Below the pieces are notes generated by a model that had not been told where the DNA came from, did not search any database, and worked only from the letters and a program-made list of their open reading frames with translations. From positions 108,756-128,755 of the forward strand of contig JABLTG010000036.1 in NCBI GenBank assembly GCA_016618085.1: a stretch of DNA of 20,000 bases, in the 5' to 3' direction. Below are positions 11,347 to 19,700 of the stretch, in pieces. Origin of the DNA: Neovahlkampfia damariscottae. Its lineage: Eukaryota. Every line of letters starts with the position of its first letter. Within the stretch, counting starts at the first letter, position 1. Made by a program: the position numbers and the translations under genes.

Positions 11347-12882
11347 TTATTTGAATTTGAAAAACAAATCCTTCTTATTTTTAATCATTACATTTGATCG
11401 AAATTTTTGTTGGGTTGAATTTCCAAAGAAGATATCACCATCTATTTTCAATTCAACTGAGTCCCTTGAAAAAAAAGGTAATCTCATTTCAATATCATGT
11501 TTATTGATGGTTGATGTAATGAAAATAAAATAAGTTTCAAATTCAATAAAATTATCCAATAACCTAATCCCATCAATATTAAATTTTGTATTATTTATCC
11601 ATTCCATTTCTACAGTGATTCCAAATGTCTTCATCAAAAAATCAAGACCAAATAGAGTATTATCTTCAAATGAAGTGTCTGATACCAGAATAGGATCTAT
11701 TTCTTTATTCAGATAAAATTTGAAAAATACAATTGTATTTTCTTTAGTGAATTGTTCATTGATTACATAATTTATGGATTCATCTTCCAATTCTATTCTA
11801 AAATTTGGTAATATTATCTCAAAATTCGAGATTGTGGAAGATTGAACTGAAAAATCTTTGTGATTCAATTTTGAAATGAAACTATATTTTGCTGGATATG
11901 AAAGAATCAAATCATTAAAATTTTCAAAATAATTAGGGAATTTGATCATTGAATCTTTTAAATCCAATGACTTTTCGCATTTAATTTCACTACAATCTAT
12001 TTCCATATATAATTTAGTTTGTAAAATGCGGAGTGATGAATTGACAGTTTTAAAGTGTACACTCACTTGGGTATTTGATAAACTGAAATTAATTTGATTT
12101 ATATCAAGTATAAAGCCAGAAAATGAAATTCTTTTTTTCTGATTGATTGAATACTTAATCTGACTCAGAAGAATTTTATTTTGAATCAATTCAATTTGAA
12201 AATCTTTGAGTATGTTATTCATTGAGTCAAATGAATCATTTTTGATTTGTTTTGTATAAAATTTGTATAAACACTTTCCCACTGGAAATAGATTTGTGTA
12301 TTCAACATTTGAAAATGATTTTTTTAATTTCAAATTCGTCTTTTGATATGGATTTCTCATGAACAACTTATTTTCTAAAAATATCATATCAACCTTTTCA
12401 ATAAAAAATAGTTCATTTTCGAAATTTTTTAACGTGAAAATTATGTCTGAATTACTTTTTCCTTTTTTCTCATTTTCTGTTAAACAAAAATCTAAGAAAT
12501 TTGAGTTTTCAGTATTTTTATAAAGTTGTTCAAATTTTAAGTTTTCTTTTTTTCTCTTGAAAAATAATGGTAGATTAGACTCCCAAGTGATCATAATTTC
12601 TGGAATATAGAAAGATGTTTTCTGGTGTGAAATCAAAAAATCATCTTGAAGTTTTATATTTAACTCATATTTTATCATTTGAGTAGTGGTATTTCTAATT
12701 GTTTCTTCAACAACTATTTTTTTAATTTTGATTTTTTGAAGTGATTTTGGTAAAACACATTCAGATTGAAAAATTGTGATTAGGTTTGTTATAACAATGT
12801 CTTCCTTGAAACTTATGATATTTATAGATCCTCTTTCTTCTGTAGTATAATTTTCTTCATCTAGAAATTGTTGGAAACTCAT
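11347..12882 (-). CDS. Hypothetical protein, ~511 aa, intronless, no recognised domain
   Basis: Long open frame. Start placed at ATG 12882 (MSFQQFL) because a TGATTGG box sits at 12895-12901. Confidence 0.7.
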   Translation of the reverse strand: MSFQQFLDEENYTTEERGSINIISFKEDIVITNLITIFQSECVLPKSLQKIKIKKIVVEETIRNTTTQMIKYELNIKLQDDFLISHQKTSFYIPEIMITWESNLPLFFKRKKENLKFEQLYKNTENSNFLDFCLTENEKKGKSNSDIIFTLKNFENELFFIEKVDMIFLENKLFMRNPYQKTNLKLKKSFSNVEYTNLFPVGKCLYKFYTKQIKNDSFDSMNNILKDFQIELIQNKILLSQIKYSINQKKRISFSGFILDINQINFSLSNTQVSVHFKTVNSSLRILQTKLYMEIDCSEIKCEKSLDLKDSMIKFPNYFENFNDLILSYPAKYSFISKLNHKDFSVQSSTISNFEIILPNFRIELEDESINYVINEQFTKENTIVFFKFYLNKEIDPILVSDTSFEDNTLFGLDFLMKTFGITVEMEWINNTKFNIDGIRLLDNFIEFETYFIFITSTINKHDIEMRLPFFSRDSVELKIDGDIFFGNSTQQKFRSNVMIKNKKDLFFKFK

Positions 12883-12936
12883 CAGATGCAACGTTGATTG
12901 GAGGGAAGTTTTTATCAAATGAAAAATGGAGTTTAA

Positions 12937-13863
12937 TTACATTGATTCTTTGCAACTTAAAGAACACGTTTGTTCATCTGTGATCAAATTTTCAGCAATA
13001 TAAGGATGATTATTTTCTTCTTGTGAAAAATTTAAAGACAAAACATTTCCAATGGCAACTGAATCATTTGACAATGAAATTTTGTTTTCAACTTTAATTT
13101 CAGGTGTATTAAATAAATCTACAATCTGTTGTGATTTTTCTTCTTCATAAAATTTGTTCTCTTTCTTTATTTTCTTTTTCACTGTTTTTTCAATATTCTC
13201 TTTTTCATTAATCTGTGACTCTTTTCTTTTTTTTAAAAATACAGATGGTTTTGAGACAATTGTAAACTCTGAACTTGTATATGTCATTATTTTTTTAAAT
13301 GTTTGAGAATCACACTTTCTGTAAATATTTAACTCAAATATGAACATTCCTTTCCATGTATAATTTGAATCTGGCCAAAATAAATTTAAGCACCTGAAAA
13401 AAGTCAATTTGTTTTTTTTCTCACCATTTGTCTGAATATTCAGCGAAAGAGTATCGAATTATTGGTAAGGATTTATCAGTGAATTCAACATATTCTTGAG
13501 AACAAATTGATGAATTATTTCTGAATAACTTCAGTTCAACAAAGAAACCACTTCTTCTGCCAGCCTATGAATTAAAATTTTAATTTTGAAATTACCCTTT
13601 TTGATGACTTGTTTTAATTTTATTTTGAGTCTCACCAGTTATAGAATTTTTCACTTGGTCTCAATTCAAAGTCATAGTGATGTGATCTAAATAATATATC
13701 GCTTGGTGATTCATTGGCACCTTTTAATTTTCTTGAAAGAACGATAATTTCTATAGCACCTTCAAATTCATTCTGCTGTGATAAACTAGAAGTTATAAAT
13801 GATTTAGCAACTAATTTCTTACGAAACTGAAGTGGAAGACCACCCTAAATATATCTCGTCCAT
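12937..13863 (-). CDS. Hypothetical protein, ~262 aa, possible Ig-fold (p53/CSL/CudA-like) DNA-binding protein; 5 exons including a probable 1-nt exon
   Basis: ATG at 13863. Introns at 13786-13822, 13597-13635, 13565-13595 and 13394-13424. Exon lengths 41+150+1+140+457 = 789 nt with no internal stop. The N-terminal domain ends SSEFTIVSKPSVFLKKRK, followed by a charged low-complexity tail. Confidence 0.65.
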
Positions 13864-13938
13864 GTTTTCTGCCACCTTCATCACTAGTTTCGTGGATTTG
13901 GAAGAAAAAAATATGATTGGTCTAAAAAATAATTTTAA

Positions 13939-16851
13939 TCATTCTTCATTTTTCTTCTTCATCCCTTGAGTGATAACCAACAAAGAATCACATAATATTT
14001 TTTGAACATCCAATAATTCTTGAATTGAAAGGTTCTCTTGACTGTTCTCTAATCTTCGAAAAAATAATTCACCTTCTTCTACCAAATTATGAGTGAATTG
14101 AACTTTTTTTGAACTTTTTGATTTTTTTAATGAAGGAGTCTTTAAAATTCCTTTTGCCATTTGTGTTGGTGTTTTCATTGGACTTATGGTATACTCATGA
14201 TCTATTTCTTCATTATCATCAATGGAACTTCTTGTAACAATATTTGATATTTTTCTTGGAGGTGTGAGTAACACTTAAAAAAATGAGTGAATTTGTTTAA
14301 AAATTACTTGAAGAAGGTGAATTGATTTTTTCTTCAATGATCATTTTGGCTTTTGGTGGTGATGAAAATGAAATTGAAGGTGTTGGATTTTGAGAGCATC
14401 CAGTTCCAATACCCTCAAATAAATCAGTTTCATTTGATTCTTTTAATTTCTTTGATTCTTGATTAATTTCAAATTCATCTAAAGATCTTTTTTTATTTAA
14501 TTTCTTGTAGATTTTCAATAAATTTGTTGTTAAAACATCTTGATTCATCTCAGTAATAAATTTGATAGTTTCACTTTTTAATTCTTGATTTGTCAAAGAG
14601 ATTAATAATGGTTTTTCAATGGTTTCAAATGACTTTTGATTTAATTCAGAGCATCGTTTCAATGCTCTTAATGATTCACTCCAAATTGATAAATTTGATG
14701 AGAGAATTGCACTTAAATTGGCAAAGATGGGAATTATTTTTTCTGATTTAACTTTCAATCCTTTCATCAAAGAAAATATACAATCATTGAAATTTTTGAA
14801 TTTTCTTTCTTTTAATTTTCTTGTAAATTTTATAAATTCTGTAAAAGCTGCTTGTGGATAAATCAATTCAATTGATTCACAAATAAATTTGAATGGATAC
14901 AAAACATTTGGATTTTCTTCAAATTTTGATAATTCAGTGCATAATTGTGGAAGATTTTTGTTCAAGTTAATATGAAAATATTTCCAATTTTTTTCAGTTT
15001 CAGAAGAAATATGTTTTAATTGTAAAGGATACAAATACAGTCCATAAAATTTTTTGAATTCTAATGATGATGGTAGATTTGAAACATAAATATTCCATAA
15101 TAAAATTGATTTTTCATGAGAAACTTGATTCAACTTACTAACAATCCATTTTGACTCCATTTCAATCATCTTTAAAAATATTAATTTCAAAAGAATATTT
15201 TACCATATTTTGTGGTGTACAAGATATTATAACTTCAATAATATTTTTGTATGAATCATTTTTTTCAAATATTGATGGAATTTCAATCCATTTCTCAATA
15301 AAGAATTGAATAAATGCAATCTTAAATAATTCATTTGGTGTTGAAGTTAAAATAGTTTTAACAATTCCATCAAGAAATTCAATCCAATTTTCTTTGGTAA
15401 AGAATTCAATTGGGAATGAATCAATAAGTTTTTCAAAAAAATATATTACATTATCCATCAAAGTTGCATTTATATATTTACATAATTGTTGAAGGACTCT
15501 AATTAACAAAAACTAAAAAGTCAAAGAATATATTTCTTACAATATCATTATTTACAAATTCCGCATTCTTTTGTACTTGTGATAATAAAAAATCCAAAAA
15601 AAAAGTGAAATCTTCAAGAGGTAATCTTTGTAATTTTTTTGGATTGAATAATTCATCTTTCATGAATAAATACAATTTTTCCCAAAGTTTTTGATTTTTT
15701 AATTTAAAAAGTGAATCAATCACCGATTGAAAATTTGAATGAAAATATTTTGATGAAGAAAAGAATAGAAATCTTGTCAAATTACTCCATGTTTCAATAG
15801 CTTCAAATTTTACAGCATCTTCATTTGAATGTCTTAACATTCTATCAATTGGTGTCATGATAAATTTGATTCTAGTTTCAGAATTTTCTAACTTTGATTT
15901 GGTTGATATCCAATTTTGTACACATAATTTCCATGATTTTAAAGATTCAATTTTAACTTTTTCACTTGAATTTGAAGAAAATCCTTTCTAAAAATTATTT
16001 AGTTGGTTAAAATCAAGAAATTACTTCAAAGTATTGATTTATATCATTTATAATTTTCTTTAAATATTCTCCAGAAAGTAGAATATAATAACCTAATATC
16101 TTCATTGATTTTACATTTATTTTTGAAAAATGATCTTTTAATTTTGATGTATTGATTTCTTTTAAAACAATTTTTGATAATTTTTTTAAAGTTAATGAAT
16201 ATTCTGGTTTATACAAAAGTTGAAAAATTCTTTGTGTCTCCAAAAGACTTTGAGCAAGTGAAGATATATTTCCTTCTAAATTGATACAAAGAGCAAGATT
16301 GAATATCCATAACTCTGAATAAAGAATTGTGTGGTGTGTAAAAGTGATAATGAAATATTCAAGTGTTTTAAAAGTTTCTTTTAAAATATTTTCATCAGTA
16401 TTATTCAATGAGAAACCCAAGATTTTAAAAATGAAATCAAAATTCTCGGTCAATTGCTCTAAAGAAAACCTTTGTGAACCTAAAAACCTTATAACTTGAG
16501 AAATTGAGTTATTTGAATCTTTGACAATCTTGCCCATAACCTTCAATATTTTGTGGAGTTCGTTTTCTTTTTGAATTAAAAAAATAAAAAAGTACTTGAA
16601 AAGATATTTACAAAATGATTTCTACATGACAAATATTCAATAATATACATCGAATTTGGGTTATTTGAAATTAAATCAACGAGACTTTGCTCAATCATTG
16701 AAGAAAGTTGAGATTTTAAAAATTCAGAATTTTCTTCAGTATCCAGAGCCTTTAGGACCAACAAAAAATCATGGTACAAATCATTTTTATCACTTTTCTT
16801 CGTTTTGATCTGTCGGAAAATTTCTTCAAACCTTTGCTTTGGTTCCACCAT
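13939..16851 (-). CDS. RIF1: Telomere-associated/replication-timing protein RIF1, 6 exons, ~916 aa
   Basis: Introns at 16567-16595, 15988-16024, 15513-15540, 15170-15203 and 14274-14307 join six track ORFs. Rif1_N HEAT motifs: ILGYYILLSG...INDINQYFEKGFSS...KIESLKSWK, RIKFIMTPI, AIETWSNL. C-terminal PP1-docking GILK...KKVQF, an S/TP cluster and a terminal helix LSIQELLDVQKIL. Confidence 0.88.
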
Positions 16852-16925
16852 TGGTTGAAAAAATTCCGTTAATAATAAAATGATCCAATCAAACTGCACT
16901 ATTTTCCAAAAAACAAGAAACAACA
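16852..16925. promoter_or_regulatory. 74-bp bidirectional promoter (RIF1/ACBP) with a CCAATCA box at 16885-16891
   Basis: Divergent ATGs at 16851 and 16926, with a central NF-Y consensus motif. Confidence 0.65.
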
Positions 16926-17247
16926 ATGTCCGATTTTGAAAAAGCAACAGCATATGTAAAGAATGGATCAGCTAAAACACAATATCCAGGAAAAGAAATG
17001 ACACAAGAAGAAGGTTTAAGAATGTACGCACTCTTTAAACAAGCTACAGTTGGAACTTGTGCTGATAAAGGTATGAAAAAAAAATTAAGTAAAATTCTCA
17101 GGTGGTGACAGACCAGGATTTTTATCATTCGAAGCTAAAGCTAAATGGGATGCATGGAACGCTTTAGGAGACATGAGCGCTGATGAAGCAAAAGCTGCTT
17201 ATGTTAAAGCACTCACAGACTATTGTCCAGATTGGCAAAAATTCTAA
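16926..17247 (+). CDS. ACBP: Acyl-CoA-binding protein (ACBP/DBI), 2 exons, 96 aa
   Basis: 31-nt intron at 17071-17101. Spliced product MSDFEKATAYVK...LRMYALFKQATVG...RPGFLSFEAKAKWDAWNALGDMSADEAKAAYVKAL is a canonical ACBP. Confidence 0.96.
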
Positions 17248-17258
17248 AATAAATATTT

Positions 17259-18090
17259 TTATTCTGGAAAAATAAATTTATGAAGTAAGATGTCAAAATC
17301 ATCAAATGGTATAATCTTGTTATTCTTTTTATCATGAAACTCTTTTCTTGCCCATTTCTTCAATTGTTTGTATAAAGTTAAAATATAAATTTCTAAAGTA
17401 ACGCAACGTTTTATATGTGAAATATTATTTTTTTTAAGGCGTTTTAATGAGAATATGTAAGGTATAATTTCCTTATTATCTAAATCTTTCATTAATAAAT
17501 TTAATTGTTGTGGAGGAAATGAATGATGTTTCATAAAATATCGAACATATAATAAATGATGACTAAGGTACAAATAAATTTTAACCCTAACTTCTTTTTT
17601 ATCTTGAATATACCTAATAATGTTCTGTTTTGCTAAATTTATGAGACTCAAACAAAATGAACCATGATGATAGTACTTTAAACAAAAGTTGATTAATTCA
17701 TCAGTTAAAGGTTTTTTGTCTCGATAAATTGAAGAACTTGTGAGAGCATGTCCAAGTGCAGGATTTGATTTTGAGATTAAAAATAATGCATGTTTCACAT
17801 CCCATCCAGTAAAGTTGCATTCTATTTTATCTTTTGTTTTTTTTGAAATCTCGAAAGCTGATGGTTTATTTTGGATGGAAACATACCATGAAGGTTCGTG
17901 ACAATAAATAAAGTGAAGGTCAAAATCTGAAGTTTTTTCAAACCAACCATAGGTCCTTTTTTTTTTACAATTATTTTCTGGCATACCTTGAACCACAATC
18001 TGAAGTGAATATGATTTTAATATTTTTTTCTTTTTCAATTTCTTCTATTAATTCATTAATCTCAGAAAAATAGGGCAGAGTTTTGTTCAT
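17259..18090 (-). CDS. RlaP/YcgL-like DNA polymerase beta-superfamily nucleotidyltransferase, 2 exons, ~266 aa
   Basis: ATG at 18090. Removing the 31-nt intron at 17956-17986 gives EEIEKEKNIKIIFTSDCGSRTYGWFEKTSDFDLHFIYCHEPSWYVSI...GWDVKHALFLISKSNP. This parallels the bacterial family pattern ESGSRAWGF.S.DSDYDVRFIY.H...WYLSI...GWDLRKAL.L..KSNP. Confidence 0.85.
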
Positions 18091-18630
18091 GTGTTGTTTT
18101 GGTGATGAAGGAATTCGATTGGTGAAAATACTTCAAAATTAGGATTGAAATTAAAAACCAAGTTTGATCAAATTTAGCTTCTTTTCATTAATATTCTTCC
18201 TAATCCCCAAATTTTCCTACTTTTCAAAATGAAAGTATATCGTAAGAAAAAAAGGAAAGAGAAAAAAGAAATCTTTCAATTTTTTTAAAATTCCATTTTT
18301 TAACAGAATTTGTGGCCTACTTGAAAGAAATGAAAAGGTTGGAAACTGAAAAAGAAGAAAGAATACTAAAAATACTCAAATTTTCATCAGTTATGAATAA
18401 ATTTTTGGAAGATTTATTTGATGAAAGCTGGATTTTTTCATGAATATCACAATTTCGCACCATTTTTTCTTGTTTGTGCCTTTTTGAGTTCAGTTTTCAA
18501 CTGTTCATTTTGTTCATGTAATTCTTTTGAATGAACTGTTCTATCTTTTTCATAATGTTTGATTCTTGAACATTAATGACGCTTTATTTATTGTCTTTCC
18601 TCTCTTCGTGATATATTCAAATATTACACA

Positions 18631-19539
18631 TCACAGAGGTTTTGAAAAAGTTTTACCGAACAATGATAAAACAAACCTCGCCGCAATACTGACATTGACA
18701 TTATCGAACAGCAAATTCTTCTCTACAGGACATAAAATTATAAATTTCTGTGTCGTAACGACAGGTATATGATTCTCTTGCATCAGAACAGTCAAAACGA
18801 TCATGAAAACAAGTGAACTGACAATAAATGTGACAAAAAATGATTTAGTAATAATCTCCCTATTCATCAGTGTCACTGAGAATATCATGACACCAAATGC
18901 AACTGTTGCAGGTATATAAACGTAAAAAACAAAAGCGACATTTTGCAAAGGAAATTCATGAAGAAGGCAATTGTACCAATTACTTGCATATTCACTCGTT
19001 GAAAAAGAAAGTTGTAAAGGGTATCCAGTGAATGTAGCAATACCCAAACATCCTAAAACAATAGCTATTTTGATACCAACATGAGAATAAAGTTCTTCTT
19101 TTTCTAAAATTACGCGAATAGCAATTGCTGAAATTGACAAAAGAAGATCGATACTAATTAATTTATCCAACATTGACAAGTAGAAAAATTGAATCAAAAA
19201 ACTTGGATTAGGTTGATAAAATCTCCATGCAAAATAAATATAACCAATTTGTAATAACGAACAAATAAAAAACATCGTTTTGATGAGTGATTTATGTTTT
19301 GAATTGAGTATTAAACCTGAAATTGCGTTTATTAATGTTGAAATGAAATATGTGTAGACCAGAAAAGATGGAACATTCATTGCTACTCCGAGAACTGCCT
19401 GTGTTACACAGTAAAAACCAACAAGTGTGGAAATTATTCCACTTGCGCCATGAGCTAACGGTATATTCGGTGTGAACCACTTCAAAGCATTCCATCTTTT
19501 TATAATATCACTGTTTTGGTTGGCACTTTTTTTTTTCAT
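18631..19539 (-). CDS. Uncharacterised multi-pass membrane protein, 302 aa, intronless
   Basis: Intact ORF with about 7-8 hydrophobic segments and conserved-looking polar motifs (HGASG, AWRF, GYPLQL, W.CL...FPLQ, YVYIPAT, TVLMQENHIPVVTTQK...CP). Visibly richer in G+C and CpG than neighbouring host genes. Confidence 0.8.
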   Translation of the reverse strand: MKKKSANQNSDIIKRWNALKWFTPNIPLAHGASGIISTLVGFYCVTQAVLGVAMNVPSFLVYTYFISTLINAISGLILNSKHKSLIKTMFFICSLLQIGYIYFAWRFYQPNPSFLIQFFYLSMLDKLISIDLLLSISAIAIRVILEKEELYSHVGIKIAIVLGCLGIATFTGYPLQLSFSTSEYASNWYNCLLHEFPLQNVAFVFYVYIPATVAFGVMIFSVTLMNREIITKSFFVTFIVSSLVFMIVLTVLMQENHIPVVTTQKFIILCPVEKNLLFDNVNVSIAARFVLSLFGKTFSKPL

Positions 19540-19561
19540 GCGAATGATTTGTTTTTGCTTC

Positions 19562-19700
19562 CGCTATCTTAAAACTGACTTTTCCATTCATTCTGATTAA
19601 TCAGACCAGACATTAAAATCAAGGTTTCTTTCGGGATAGGACCATCGCCAGCAGTACTGGCAGTTTTTGGATTTCCAATAAAATTTTGTATATTCATCAG
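19562..19700 (-). ncRNA. Putative omegaRNA (right-end RNA) scaffold of the Fanzor element; boundaries approximate
   Basis: Cluster of inverted repeats overlapping the ORF tail: hairpins at 19667-19678 and 19647-19661, a long stem 19615-19628/19571-19582 capped by a 14-bp palindrome at 19592-19605, and CUAUC (19635-19639) complementary to GAUAG (19564-19568) as a pseudoknot. The position matches known TnpB/Fanzor2 omegaRNAs. Confidence 0.6.

Noticed and set aside
12883..12940. Possible intron fusing the two hypothetical genes (11347-12882 and 12937-13863)
   Set aside because: No AG acceptor at the usual 28-45 nt distance from the GTAATT, and the gap contains a CCAATCA box, which favours two separate genes.
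13687..13720. Possible 34-nt GT-AG intron within exon 2 of the 12937-13863 gene
   Set aside because: Removing it creates a stop 8 codons later, while retaining it keeps the frame open.
16889..17128. 79-aa minus-strand ORF
   Set aside because: Antisense to the clear ACBP gene.
17185..17193. GAAGCAAAA in ACBP matching the start of the predicted Fanzor guide
   Set aside because: Only 9 nt in AT-rich DNA, expected by chance. I saw no credible guide target in the window.
1..18090. Alternative genetic code or prokaryotic operon interpretation of the fragmented ORFs
   Set aside because: The breaks in the recognised genes are resolved by canonical short GT-AG introns under the standard code.
18566..19495. 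ORFs 18566-18772 (+) and 19292-19495 (-)
   Set aside because: Shadow or alternative frames of the 302-aa membrane protein.
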